DNA of 64,000 bases from Myxococcota bacterium (lineage in GTDB: Bacteria > Myxococcota_A > Polyangia > Nannocystales > Nannocystaceae). The position numbers and the translations under genes were made by a program. This document shows, one piece after another, positions 1 to 10,294 of this stretch. The notes below the pieces were generated by a model. That model did not search any database. It was not told where the DNA came from and worked only from the letters and a program-made list of their open reading frames with translations. The stretch covers positions 1 to 64,000 of the forward strand of contig JBCCHT010000021.1 in the NCBI GenBank assembly GCA_039028615.1, written 5' to 3'. Position 1 is the first letter of the stretch. Every line of letters starts with the position of its first letter.

Positions 1-429
1 CGGGGAGGGCTGAAGCGAAGCCGCGCAGGATGGAGGGGGCCCGGTCGCGCGCAGCGGCGACGACCCAGTCTCTACAAGCACTCAGGCGCAACATCGCCGC
101 GAGCACGTCCGGGGAGGGCTCCAGCCGTTAAGCAGGCAAGCCGTTCATTCGAACACCGCACCAACCCTCCGCTCCATCTCATGCTTCTTCACCTTCGGTC
201 CAACCCCCGAGCCGAGCAGGACCCACGCCGTCGCATGCACGGGAGTCAGCGTGCGGGGAGGGCTGAAGCGAAGCCGCGCAGGATGGAGGGGGCCCGGTCG
301 CGCGCAGCGGCGACGACCCAGCCACTACGAGCACCCAGGTGCAACATCGCCGCGAGCACGTCCGGGGAGGGTTCCAGCCGTTGAGCAGGCAAGCCGTTCA
401 TTCGAACAGCGCACCACCCTCCGCCCATC
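1..429. repeat. Imperfect direct repeat: two ~177-bp copies (1-178, 254-429), period 253 bp; may continue upstream of the window
   Basis: cggggagggctgaagcgaagccgcgcagg...gcaagccgttcattcgaac occurs at 1 and 254, with about 8 substitutions and 2 single-base indels by eye. Confidence 0.9.
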
Positions 430-471
430 GAAAGCGCCCGATGACACTCACCCGAGAACGACCCCGAGCAT

Positions 472-1428
472 CTACGAGCCCGTCGCCGCTGGCGGCGGCT
501 TACCGGGCGAAAATCGCAGCGACGGGTTATCGAGCGCCACCGTAGTGTTCGGCGGCACGCTGTGGGTCAGCCACACGTTACCGCCGATGGTCGAGCCCCG
601 ACCGATCACCGTCTTGCCCCCGAGGATCGTCGCCCCCGCATAGATCGTGACGTGGTCCTCGAGCGTCGGGTGCCGCTGCTCCTGGCGCCGGGCCCCGGGC
701 GCCACCGAGAGCGCGCCGAGGGTCACGCCCTGGTAGAGCTTCACGTGCTCGCCAATGACCGTCGTCTCCCCGAGCACCACCCCCGTCCCGTGGTCGATGA
801 AGAAGCTGTTGCCGATCGTCGCCCCCGGATGGATGTCGATGCCCGTTCGACTATGAACGAGCTCGGACATCATGCGCGGTATGATGGGCACATCGAGTCG
901 GTAGAGCTGGTGCGCCACGCGATGGACCGCGATGGCGAGCACGCCGGGGTAGCTGAGGATCACCTCGGCCGCCGAGCGAGCCGCCGGATCGCCAGCCAGT
1001 GCCGCCTGAACATCGGTATCGAGCACCGCGCGGATGCTGGGGATCGCCTGGATGACATCGATCGCCAGCGCGTGCGCGCTACGGGAAATCTCTTCGCTCG
1101 TCGGCTCGCTGCCCGGGTCGCACGGGGTCTCGGTCTCGCACAGCGCCCGGCCCACGCTTCGCTCGAGTCGCCGCAACACTCGGGCGCAGCGCTCACCCAC
1201 GAAGTAACGCGCGGTCAGATCGTCGAGCTGGTCGCGGACGAAGTAGCCCGGGAACAGGATCGCGATCAGGTCGTCGAGAAGCTGCTCGACCTCGGCGCGC
1301 GAGGGCAGGTTCTGCCCGTCGAGGTGGTTGATGTTCCCGTGCTCGGCGTACGACAGCATGATGCTGTCGATGGCTCGGGCGAGCACGCGTTGTTCAGGCG
1401 CCTTGGTCATGGATAGTTTAGAGAACAT
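472..1428 (-). CDS. cysE: Serine O-acetyltransferase (CysE/EpsC type)
   Basis: GDPAA..AEVILSYPG, HRVAH, TGIDIHPGATIG..FFIDHGTGVVLGET, QGVTLGA, RHPTLED hexapeptide-repeat motifs. Confidence 0.93.
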   Translation of the reverse strand: MFSKLSMTKAPEQRVLARAIDSIMLSYAEHGNINHLDGQNLPSRAEVEQLLDDLIAILFPGYFVRDQLDDLTARYFVGERCARVLRRLERSVGRALCETETPCDPGSEPTSEEISRSAHALAIDVIQAIPSIRAVLDTDVQAALAGDPAARSAAEVILSYPGVLAIAVHRVAHQLYRLDVPIIPRMMSELVHSRTGIDIHPGATIGNSFFIDHGTGVVLGETTVIGEHVKLYQGVTLGALSVAPGARRQEQRHPTLEDHVTIYAGATILGGKTVIGRGSTIGGNVWLTHSVPPNTTVALDNPSLRFSPGKPPPAATGS

Positions 1429-1471
1429 AGCGGGGGCCCGTTTTTGGGGCCAGGCCCTGGCTCAGGCTACG

Positions 1472-1759
1472 ATGGGCGACGCCACGCTCCACCGCCGAGT
1501 TACGCCGTTGGTCCCGTCATCGCCGAAATCCTCCGAACTGGCATTACGTCGCCTGGTGCGCGAGCACCTTCTGGAGCGAAGCGAGGGCATGCCGCCCGCT
1601 TCACTCGCTGCGTTCATTACCGGCTGGGGGAGCGCTTTGGACATGCTGCGGCGCGCTCAAGCTCAGCTGCCGTGGATGAGCGCGGAACGACACCAGTGGA
1701 TCGTCGAGCTCATCGACGTCGTCGAAGAAGCGTCGCGAGCGGAACTCGAAGACGAGTGA
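1472..1759 (+). CDS. Hypothetical protein (~95 aa)
   Basis: Plausible helical protein divergent from cysE; start at ATG 1472 chosen by inspection. Confidence 0.5.
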   Translation: MGDATLHRRVTPLVPSSPKSSELALRRLVREHLLERSEGMPPASLAAFITGWGSALDMLRRAQAQLPWMSAERHQWIVELIDVVEEASRAELEDE

Positions 1760-1938
1760 CGCCGACGCGATCGGTCGCGACTGGTTAAAAGGAGAGAGGC
1801 GCTGAAGCTGTCTTCGAGGTGGCCGTTCGGGTCGGTCCAGGCTCGAAGGGTCGCTTCAGCGCCCCGTCGTTGCTCGCTCAGGAGCAATGTGGTGGTCGGG
1901 GCGGTATCGGGCCGCCCCTTACGAACTCGAGTCGTTGA

Positions 1939-2208
1939 TTACTCGGGCATGCTGCTGCGCGGTGCCGCGCGCTCCGACGAAGTCGGCGGACGATGGTCAC
2001 GGGTCGAGGGAACCCCTTGCGAGATCGCGTTGGGCTGGGCCTGGATGGGCCACTCGATCCGGTGCTTGATCATGCGCCGCTTGAGAGCGTGACGAGTGAC
2101 GCCCAGCAGCTGTGCTGCATCAACGATGCTTCCGGCGCGGCTGAGAGCCTGCTGGCACAGCAGTCGCTCGGCTTTGCGAAGGTTCAGGTCTTCCAAGAGG
2201 ATCGGCAT
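1939..2208 (-). CDS. Stand-alone Fis-family helix-turn-helix protein
   Basis: LNLRKAERLLCQQALSRAGSIVDAAQLLGVTRHALKRRMIKH matches the Fis/NtrC C-terminal HTH pattern; AT-richer upstream region. Confidence 0.75.
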   Translation of the reverse strand: MPILLEDLNLRKAERLLCQQALSRAGSIVDAAQLLGVTRHALKRRMIKHRIEWPIQAQPNAISQGVPSTRDHRPPTSSERAAPRSSMPE

Positions 2209-2713
2209 GGCCAGGAGGATAGGTGAAATCGAGCTGGTGGGAAAGCCATGGGAGGTGTTCTTCGTTACATTTGAGTCGCGCTTTCTCACTGCGCAAAAGC
2301 GCAGTAGATGTTCAGTGGGAAAAGTCTCGGCGTGAAATACGTATCAGTTTTGTTAGGCAGTAATGGCGCGGATCCACAAAGAGGTTGGGGGAAATCCCGA
2401 TAAAAATGAGCCGCCCTGGCACGTTTCTGCCCGGCAGGAACGCTTGTGTGAGGGCTTCCTTCAATGATTGTTGATTCACCATGCGAGACGGGCGTTACCG
2501 GCCCGATGGGAGCGGGATCGGTAGGTCCGCAGCGCGGTATCGCGCGTTTTTCGCCGTAGGGAGATCTCCCATGGTGCTTTGGTTCCGCCCGGCCCAACGT
2601 GAGACGCACCCGCATTCGTTCCTCCCGTTTTCTTCGATGGGACCGGTCGCACTGACTATCATGCGGGCCGCGCCGTGCCGGACGTCGGTCGAACTGCTTC
2701 TTCACGCCATCCC

Positions 2714-4258
2714 ATGCGGGTGCTGATCGTCGATGACGAAGTCAATCTTCGTTTCGCGATCGAGCGTCGCCTGCGCAAAGCGGGAATGGAAACGGGTTCT
2801 GCGAGCACCGTTCGCCACGCGATCGATCGCCTACGCGCCGAGCCGTACGACGTCGTCTTGTGTGACCTGCGCATGCCGGGAGGAAACGGCACGCAGTTGT
2901 TGCAGTGGCTCGGGAGCTACTCGCCGTCGACGATGATCATCGTCATCTCGGCGTTCGTCACTCCCGAGTTTCGCAAGACCTACAAGCCGAGCGGGCGACT
3001 TCGAATCCTCGAGAAGCCCGTCGACCTCGACGTCTTGGTCGAGACGCTCGAAGAACTCGGCCCTCGCAAAGGCTTCTACGGCAACGCGATCGAAGTCGAG
3101 CTGTTCGACTACGTCCAGATGATCGCGCTGTCGGGTCGCGACAAGCTCGTCGAAGTGACCACGCCCGTGGGCAAGGGTCTCATCTGGTTCGAGCACGGCG
3201 ACATCGTGCACGTCGAGTACGACCAGTACCGCGGCGAGATGGCCTTCTATCACCTGCTCGGGGTCAACCGCGGCACCTTCAAAGAGGTGTTCAATCGCGA
3301 GCCGCCGATGCGCACGGTGGTTCGCTCGAGCACGCACCTGCTGATGGAAGCCGCGCGTCGGGCCGACGAAGGCACGCTCGGTCAAGAACCGCCCGCCGAA
3401 GAAGGTGACGACGAGACCTCGTTCGGTTCCGTCACCGACGAGCTCGCGGCCGAAGAGGAAGCCGCTCAGCCCGTCGAGCCCGGCGAGGATCCCTTTGCCG
3501 AGCCCGGGGCCGATGCCGCTCCGGCCGAGTTCGCTCCTGCGTCCGAGCCCGTGCCCGAGCCCGAGTTCGACATCGTCGACGATGCCGAGCTCGAGTCCGG
3601 ACCGCAGCTCGCCTTCAACGCGGACAACCCCGCGGGGCTGCCCGTCGTCGACGACGACGATCTGGTCGATCCCTTCGACGACCACGAAGTCACCGTCGAC
3701 GAGCCGACCAGTCCGCACACGCCGCTGCCCCAGCCGCCGCCGCTGCCCCCGGCATCCAAGGTGCCGCGGCCCAAGCCCAAGCCCACTGCCGCCGAGGCGG
3801 GCGTTCCCGTGGCCGTGCCCCGGGAGAGTTCCTTCACCGACGAGGAGAAGGCCGTGCTCGAGGGGCTCGCCGAAGACCCCGCGCCCAGTGGAGGCGCCGC
3901 CGGGCTCATGGGTCACGCCGCCATGTTCGAGGACCCCGACATGCGCGCGGTCATGCTCGAGCAGTTCTGGCAGTTCGAGGGCATCAACGGCGTCGCCATC
4001 ATTTCCAGCACGGGCAAGGTCTTGGCCGAGGACATGCGCAGCAACAGCTCCTTGGTCACCCTCGCCGGTTTCTACATGCGTGGCGCCGCCCGCATTGCTC
4101 GAACCCTCGGCTACAACGTCTTCGACGGCGTCGTGGCCCGCTCCGTCGCGGGTCAGCAGATGGTCATGGTCAGCATGGGCGCCGCCTCGGCCGTGCTGTC
4201 CGTCGAAGCGGGGACCGACCCCGAAGCAGTGCGTGACGCGGTCATGGGGGTCGAGTGA
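2714..4258 (+). CDS. Response regulator: REC + DUF4388-like domain + acidic/Pro linker + C-terminal Roadblock/LC7-like domain
   Basis: MRVLIVDDE...LCDLRMPG...ISA...EKP receiver; FYGNAIEVELFDYVQM...GLIWFEHGDIVH...G..AFY...STHLLMEAARRADE DUF4388-like; GINGVAIISSTGKVLA Roadblock-like. Confidence 0.85.
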   Translation: MRVLIVDDEVNLRFAIERRLRKAGMETGSASTVRHAIDRLRAEPYDVVLCDLRMPGGNGTQLLQWLGSYSPSTMIIVISAFVTPEFRKTYKPSGRLRILEKPVDLDVLVETLEELGPRKGFYGNAIEVELFDYVQMIALSGRDKLVEVTTPVGKGLIWFEHGDIVHVEYDQYRGEMAFYHLLGVNRGTFKEVFNREPPMRTVVRSSTHLLMEAARRADEGTLGQEPPAEEGDDETSFGSVTDELAAEEEAAQPVEPGEDPFAEPGADAAPAEFAPASEPVPEPEFDIVDDAELESGPQLAFNADNPAGLPVVDDDDLVDPFDDHEVTVDEPTSPHTPLPQPPPLPPASKVPRPKPKPTAAEAGVPVAVPRESSFTDEEKAVLEGLAEDPAPSGGAAGLMGHAAMFEDPDMRAVMLEQFWQFEGINGVAIISSTGKVLAEDMRSNSSLVTLAGFYMRGAARIARTLGYNVFDGVVARSVAGQQMVMVSMGAASAVLSVEAGTDPEAVRDAVMGVE

Positions 4259-4953
4259 CCGTTCTAGACGCCAAAGAGCAACTGCTCGACCTGCTCGAAG
4301 AGCTCGGAGCCATCCAGGGCGTTCGCGGGGCCATCATCGCCACGGGCGACGGCGCCCTCGCCAGCGGAGCCCGCAGCGGCTTGCCGGCGGTCACCGCCAA
4401 CGACGTCGCCAAGACCGTGCGTCGCATGACCGTCGCCTCCGCCACCGTCGGCGTGCCCCTGCAGGAGCTGCTCATCAACTTTGGTGCCGCCCGCATGATG
4501 GTCACGCCCTTGCGCGACGACGCCACCGTCGTCGTCTTGCTCGAGCGTGACACCGCGGTCTCGCCCGTCCGCAACCTCCTCAACATCCAGCTCAACGACC
4601 TCCGCGATCTGCTCGACGCCCAAGGCCAGCAGGCGGCCGCCCAAGCCATGGGCGACGGCGACGAGGTCGAAGACGAAATCTCGCGGATCATGGGCGGCGA
4701 GCTCGGTCCCGTGCTCGACCGCATCGCCAACCAGTTCACCTTGTACGTGGGCCGGGCCGGGCGCTCCCGGGAGGCCGCCGCCGAGCTCATGCGCGAGCAA
4801 CTTCGCGAGTGGCTCTTGTGCTGCAATCCCTCGCCCTACACCCTGCCGCTACTCATCGACGGTCTCGGGCAATCGCTCGACGACGCTCCGGCTGCACGCG
4901 CCGAGTTCATGGAAGTCGTGCAAAACACCATCCGCACCGCTCCGGGCGGTTGA
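4255..4953 (+). CDS. Roadblock/LC7 (MglB-like) domain protein with C-terminal helical extension
   Basis: LLEELGAIQGVRGAIIATGDGALA motif; GTGA overlap with upstream gene. Confidence 0.8.
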   Translation: MTVLDAKEQLLDLLEELGAIQGVRGAIIATGDGALASGARSGLPAVTANDVAKTVRRMTVASATVGVPLQELLINFGAARMMVTPLRDDATVVVLLERDTAVSPVRNLLNIQLNDLRDLLDAQGQQAAAQAMGDGDEVEDEISRIMGGELGPVLDRIANQFTLYVGRAGRSREAAAELMREQLREWLLCCNPSPYTLPLLIDGLGQSLDDAPAARAEFMEVVQNTIRTAPGG

Positions 4954-4971
4954 GGCCAGTGACGGAAGCGG

Positions 4972-6081
4972 ATGGCCGACGTCACGACGCCCGATGGTGA
5001 ACGGACCCTCGTCGACGCCGTCATCTCCGATCTTCCGGGTGGCGTCATGGTCATCGACCAGGACGGCAAAGTCGTCCACGCCAACCGCACCGCTCGACGC
5101 ATCCTGACCGATCGCGCCGACGCCGAGTCCACCCCGCTCGCGGGTCGTGCCCTGCAAGAGATTCGTGCCCCGCTCGAGGGCATGCGCTGGCCCGCCGACA
5201 AAGCCGAGATCGTGCTGCCGCCCATCGTCGCCGGACAGGCGACCCGGGTGATCGGTTTCACCACCCGGCCGCTCGAGGATCGGGAAGGGGCCGTCGTCGT
5301 TTCGTTCGCCGACATCACCGATCAGAAGGTGCAGAAGCGAGAAGAGGAGCATCGGCGGCGTCTGGTCGACATGGGCAAGGTCGTCTCCTCGGTCGCGCAC
5401 GAGATTCGCAATCCCGTCTTCGCCATCTCTTCGCTCACCCAAGTGTTGCGAGGTGAAGACAGCATCAGCTCCGACGCCGACTTGTTGGGCGTCGTCGACA
5501 AGATCCTCGCCGAGACCGGACGCATCGATCGCCTCGTCGAGGACCTGCTGGCCTTCGGGCGGGAGCGAGAGCTCGACCTCAAGCGATTGGACGTCGTGCA
5601 CGAGATCGAGGAAGCGCTCGCCGACTTGCGGAAGGTCCTGCCGCCGTCCGGTGGGGTACGGGTCCCGCTGCGCCTGCACGTGGGCGCGGGGCTACGGGCT
5701 GACCCTCACTGGGTGCTCGACGCCGACGCCTTCCGTCAGGTCGTCGTCAATCTCGTCCGTAACGCCTGGCGGGCCGTCGTCGTTCGCGACCAGGGTTCGC
5801 GGGAGGGCATCGTCGAAGTGCGGCTCGACCATCACGCCGAGGACGATGGCGAGCGATGGTTGGAGGCCGCCGTGCAGGACAACGGCATCGGAATTCCGGC
5901 CGAGCTGCGGAAGAAGATCTTCGAGGCGTTCTATACGCGCGATCCCAAGGGCACCGGCTTGGGTCTGGCGGTTGTGCGTCGGCTCATGCGCCAGCTGGGT
6001 GGGACCATTCGGCTGCACTCCGAGGTGGATCGCGGCACGACCTTCGTCGTTCGCCTGCCGCCCGGTGGGCAGCAGAGATAG
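4972..6081 (+). CDS. PAS-domain sensor histidine kinase
   Basis: PAS-like GVMVIDQDGKVVHAN; H-box AHEIRNP; N-box NLVRNA; DNGIGI; F-box IFEAFYT; GTGLGL. Confidence 0.93.
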   Translation: MADVTTPDGERTLVDAVISDLPGGVMVIDQDGKVVHANRTARRILTDRADAESTPLAGRALQEIRAPLEGMRWPADKAEIVLPPIVAGQATRVIGFTTRPLEDREGAVVVSFADITDQKVQKREEEHRRRLVDMGKVVSSVAHEIRNPVFAISSLTQVLRGEDSISSDADLLGVVDKILAETGRIDRLVEDLLAFGRERELDLKRLDVVHEIEEALADLRKVLPPSGGVRVPLRLHVGAGLRADPHWVLDADAFRQVVVNLVRNAWRAVVVRDQGSREGIVEVRLDHHAEDDGERWLEAAVQDNGIGIPAELRKKIFEAFYTRDPKGTGLGLAVVRRLMRQLGGTIRLHSEVDRGTTFVVRLPPGGQQR

Positions 6082-6230
6082 GCTCTGCGGGCTGGAGCTG
6101 GGGCCTGCGGGGGCAGGGGCTCGGGCGCGCGGTGACGGGCTGTGGAGGCGGCTCGGTGGGTCGTGGTGGATGTGGCGTGGAGGCGTCGGTTCCGGTGGGT
6201 TGGAGGGGTTGGCGCGGGTCGTGAGGAGGG

Positions 6231-6260
6231 TTGACGGGGAGGGCGGAGTCGGAGTAGGAA
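6231..6260 (+). promoter_or_regulatory. Possible sigma70-type promoter of tRNA-Phe
   Basis: TTGACG at 6231 and weak -10 (TAGGAA) 18 nt downstream, ~28 nt before the tRNA. Confidence 0.3.
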
Positions 6261-6287
6261 ACGCGCTCCCAACGCTACGAGAAACCT

Positions 6288-6360
<73 letters not shown>

Positions 6361-6364
6361 CCGC

Positions 6365-6390
6365 AAAGCCTCCGCAAGGAGGCTTTCTGC
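6365..6390 (+). terminator. Intrinsic terminator-like hairpin after tRNA-Phe
   Basis: AAAGCCTCC-GCAA-GGAGGCTTT perfect stem with GNRA loop. Confidence 0.75.
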
Positions 6391-6569
6391 GTTCTGGGGG
6401 TTGGGTTGGTTTCCACCGCTTCCAGTGGCTCGCTGGAGCGGTGCCGCTTTGACCACCCATTGACTACCTGGCGTCTGCGCGGGAGTTGGGTTGCTGGGCT
6501 GCGAGCTGGGCTCAGTAGACGCGCTCGGCCTCCGAGCGGCGGGCTCCCGTGAAGACCACCATCGCGACC

Positions 6570-6850
6570 CACAGCACGGTGGCGCTCGAGGGCCTTCCAC
6601 AGCCGAACGAACTGTTCTTCGGTCAGGAACGTCCGGCGCGGCGCGTATCGGTTCTTCACCCGGGCACGATGGCGCGTGGGTCGAGCTTCAATCGGTCGTG
6701 GTCGAAGGCGTGTCCCAGACAACGGCGCCAGGTGACGAGCTCCTTGTTGACGTTGCCCGGGTGCGCGCCCTCGTCCCGGTGAAGGTTGACGTAGTGCTGG
6801 ATGTTCTGCCGGGTCAGTTCCTCCAGCGCGGTCGCCTCGCCTCTTCGAGG
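6570..6850 (-). pseudogene. Tyrosine recombinase (phage integrase-like) remnant
   Basis: LEELTRQNIQHYVNLHRDEGAHPGNVNKELVTWRRCL (core-binding-domain-like) continues in another frame as PRRTFLTEEQFVRLWKAL; next to tRNA 3' end; catalytic part absent. Confidence 0.65.
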
Positions 6851-7408
6851 TCGCGTTTGCGCTGGGCTACACCACCGAGAGCGCCTTCCGTCGGTGGACG
6901 GGACAGAGTCCGGCGCACTACAGGCGCTCGCTGGCCTAGGGAGCACGAGGTTAGCAAAGATGCCCTGAACGATGCCCTTGCGGATCCGATGATCGTTAGT
7001 GACGCCGCGGTTGGGGACCCATGGAACCGAGCTCGCCGCGCACCGGGCTGACGTCCGTCGAGACGCCCCCGCTCGAAGGACGTCCCGATTCGACCTCCGC
7101 CTGCAACGTCGCGAAGCCCGGCGACGGTTCACCGATTGAATCGGCGGTGCCTCGTTGCTGCGTCCCGAACTACATCCAAGACAGTGGCCGAAGCACGCTG
7201 GCCGCACTGCGCACGGTCGGACCCACGTTCACCTTCTTGCGTGCCATGGTCGGGCATTCGTCCGAGCACGACCCCCCGACTCCACTCTCGCCGGTCGCAC
7301 ACTTCGGGGGGCACCGAAGTGTCGTCGCTGCCGCGTCTTCCGGCGAACTCTTCGCGCAGCGCGTGGTAGCTTCGAGTGTCCGTCGTCAGCCGCTGCGTCT
7401 GGCCACGA

Positions 7409-10294
7409 ATGAGCGAATTCGATCAGACCGCCGATCGAACGGAGTTGGGGACCGAGACCGATGGCCATGGCCCCCGCCCGGGTCCCGTGCTGGACGTTGG
7501 TGCAACCCTGGGTCGCTACCAGATCGGTGAACGGCTGGGCTACGGCTCAATGGGCTCGGTGTTCGCCGCTCACGATCCGATGCTCGATCGACAGGTTGCG
7601 CTCAAGGTCTTGCACTCGGATCCAACCGGCACTCGCGGCGTAGCCCGCATGCAACGCGAGGCCCGAGCGCAAGCGCGACTCAGTCATCCCAATGTGGTGA
7701 CCATCAACGACGTCGGTCGCAGCGGGAACCTCGTCTATATCGCGATGGAGCTAGTGGAGGGCCAGACGCTCCGCTCGTGGCTCGGCGAAAGGACCCGCGA
7801 CTGGCCGCGAGTGCTCGAGGTCATGATCCAGGCAGGGCAGGGGTTGGTGGCAGCACACGAGGCCGGACTCGTGCACCGCGACTTCAAGCCGGACAACGTG
7901 ATGTTGGCCAGCGATGGACGGGTGTTGCTGGCCGACTTCGGCATCGCGTGGTCCGCCGAGGAGAGTCGCGGCACCGAGACCCCGTCCTCGGAAACCCCGG
8001 CGCCGGGCGAGGAGGAGCGGGGAGTGCTCGCCGCTCGTCTCACGCGGACGGGTGCGTTGATGGGAACGCCGCGCTACATGGCCCCTGAGCAGTTCGAGGG
8101 CCTCGAGCCCGATCCCCGGGCCGACCAGTGGGCGTTTTGCGTGGTCATGTGGGAGCTGTTGTTCGGTCAGCATCCGGTGCCGGGCGAAACGGTGGCAGAG
8201 TTCGCGTTGTCGGTGACTTCGGGCGAACTTCGCGAACCGCCCGCTGGCCACCGCGTACCTCTGTCGATCGTACGAGCGATTCGCCAGGGACTGGCGGCCG
8301 ATGCCCGGCAGCGACACCGTTCGATGGACGATCTGCTGGCGCAGTTGAGCCGTGCGTCTCGACGTCGTCGGCCGACAGGGATCGCGGTCGCGGGAATCGG
8401 GGTCACCCTTGCCGCGCTGGTCGGGGCCGTGGTGGTCTGGCCTGCAGACGACTCCGACGTCGCCCCGTGTGAGGCGGAGGCGCAGATGGCCGAAGTCTGG
8501 AACGAGACCCGAGCCGAGGCGGTGGGTCGCGCGTTCGATGCGACCAGTGTCGCGCTGGGCCCCGCGACCAAAGTGAGAGTCCTCGAAGGCCTCGGGGGGT
8601 ACGCGCAACGCTGGAAGGACGCGTCGTTTCGCGTGTGCGCGGACCGGGGTTCGTCGCCGATCCACCCCACGGCGGACGAGCGTTCGTCGTGCCTCGGCGG
8701 TCGCCTGGTTTCGTTGGACCACTTGGTGGGCCTGCTCGAGCGGGCCGACGACGCAATGGTGCCTCACGCCATGGAAGCGGTCTTTGAGCTCGACGCGGTG
8801 GAACCATGCCTGGACCAGGTGACGGAGCAGGCGCACGCGGGGTCGCATCGCCTGGCGCTGCGGCGGAGGGCTGAGCTCATCAAGGCAGGGATCGGTGACC
8901 TGTGGGCCCTGCGGGCGGTAGGCCGTTTCGACGAGGCGTTGGCGTCGGTGAAGCGGGCAGAGAAGGACAGTGTCGCGATCGACCATCTGCCCACGCAGGC
9001 TCGAATCGCGCTGGCCCGGGGGAGCATCGAGGTCATGGCGGCCACCGGAGATGGAGGGCAGTCGGCGCTGTTGCGGGCGTACGAACTGGCCACGGGCGAG
9101 GGCATGGACTACGTGGCGGCACGAGCTGCGCCCAAGCTCGCCCGCGTGCATGCCGGTCTCATCGACCGCGTCCAGGCTCAGCAGTGGGTGCGTCACGCCG
9201 AGGCTGCGGTTCAACGCCTGAGCGGGCACGGGCTGGAGCAGGAACTCTCGTATACCAAGGCGATGCTGTGCGGAGCGACGGGGGAGCCACCAGACGACGT
9301 TCCGGGTCATGGCCGTTCGCGTTGCGAGCAGCTGCACGCGCGGGCGATCGAGCATGCGATCGAAGTCTTCGGGCCAAAGTCGGTGAAGGTCGCGTCCGCG
9401 CACCTGCTGACGGGAAGATTCGAACTCGTCCGCACCCGCTACGACCGTGCCCTCGAGCACCTGGAAACCGCCCGGCGCATCTACACCGAGGCCTTGGGGG
9501 CCGAGCATCCTCGCGTGGCCGAGTGCCTTTCCGTCATCCTGTCGGTGCAGCGCGCGTTGGGAGACTTCGATGCGGCTCGTCGCACGGCCGAGGCGGTGAT
9601 CCCCACGCTCGAAGCCGCGTATGGAACCGGACATCCGATGGTGCTCACGGCAGTGACCTCCGAGGCCATTCGGCTCGCCGCGGCGGGCGAGCCGGAGCAA
9701 TCGCTCCCGTTGTTCGATCGTGCCCTGGAGGGCTTCGTCGCTGTGTTCGGGGACAACCATCCGCGGGTGTCGGTATGCCTCGGCAATCGAAGCGTGGCGC
9801 TGGGCATGATGGGCCGTCACGAGGATGCGGTCGCGGATCTGAGGCGTGCCCTCGTCATCGCCGAGAGCACCTATGAACCCATGGATACCAACCTCGCGGT
9901 TCTGGAGGACAATCTCGGCTATGCGCTCGTCCAAGCTGGGAAGCCGAGCGAGGCGGTGCCGTTGCACGAGCAAGCCGCGGTGATCTGGGAGGCGCGTGCT
10001 CCGGGCTTGCCGAGTCAGGCCACTTCCCACACGGACCATGCGCGTGCATTGTTGCTCGACGGACGGTCGGCGCAGGCTGGCCCCTTGCTGGAACGCGCGA
10101 TCGCAATATTCGATGCGCACGCCGTCGATCCGGCCGAAGGTGCTCGTGCACGCTTCGTTCTCGCTCGGGTGCTCGACGCCCAGGGCCGCGACGCCGCCCG
10201 TAGTGTCGAGCTGGCGGAGGCCGCCATGGAGCAGTACGGGACGGCTCATTCGCGGGAGCGGGCGAAGATCAAGGCATGGCTGGCCGAGCGATGA
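7409..10294 (+). CDS. Ser/Thr protein kinase with TM segment and TPR repeats
   Basis: LGYGSMG, VALK, HRDFKPDN, DFG, GTPRYMAPE, DQWAF; TM; G.EHP-type TPR repeats. Confidence 0.93.
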   Translation: MSEFDQTADRTELGTETDGHGPRPGPVLDVGATLGRYQIGERLGYGSMGSVFAAHDPMLDRQVALKVLHSDPTGTRGVARMQREARAQARLSHPNVVTINDVGRSGNLVYIAMELVEGQTLRSWLGERTRDWPRVLEVMIQAGQGLVAAHEAGLVHRDFKPDNVMLASDGRVLLADFGIAWSAEESRGTETPSSETPAPGEEERGVLAARLTRTGALMGTPRYMAPEQFEGLEPDPRADQWAFCVVMWELLFGQHPVPGETVAEFALSVTSGELREPPAGHRVPLSIVRAIRQGLAADARQRHRSMDDLLAQLSRASRRRRPTGIAVAGIGVTLAALVGAVVVWPADDSDVAPCEAEAQMAEVWNETRAEAVGRAFDATSVALGPATKVRVLEGLGGYAQRWKDASFRVCADRGSSPIHPTADERSSCLGGRLVSLDHLVGLLERADDAMVPHAMEAVFELDAVEPCLDQVTEQAHAGSHRLALRRRAELIKAGIGDLWALRAVGRFDEALASVKRAEKDSVAIDHLPTQARIALARGSIEVMAATGDGGQSALLRAYELATGEGMDYVAARAAPKLARVHAGLIDRVQAQQWVRHAEAAVQRLSGHGLEQELSYTKAMLCGATGEPPDDVPGHGRSRCEQLHARAIEHAIEVFGPKSVKVASAHLLTGRFELVRTRYDRALEHLETARRIYTEALGAEHPRVAECLSVILSVQRALGDFDAARRTAEAVIPTLEAAYGTGHPMVLTAVTSEAIRLAAAGEPEQSLPLFDRALEGFVAVFGDNHPRVSVCLGNRSVALGMMGRHEDAVADLRRALVIAESTYEPMDTNLAVLEDNLGYALVQAGKPSEAVPLHEQAAVIWEARAPGLPSQATSHTDHARALLLDGRSAQAGPLLERAIAIFDAHAVDPAEGARARFVLARVLDAQGRDAARSVELAEAAMEQYGTAHSRERAKIKAWLAER

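Noticed and set aside
1..429. CRISPR array
   Set aside because: Repeat unit ~177 bp or more, only two copies, no cas genes
2418..2431. Sigma54 promoter (TGGCACGTTTCTGC)
   Set aside because: GG-to-GC spacing is one base short of the strict -24/-12 geometry
7751..10249. Long antisense ORFs (also 53264-55516, 56476-58311, 58776-60401 and others)
   Set aside because: Shadow frames of GC-rich real genes; no motifs
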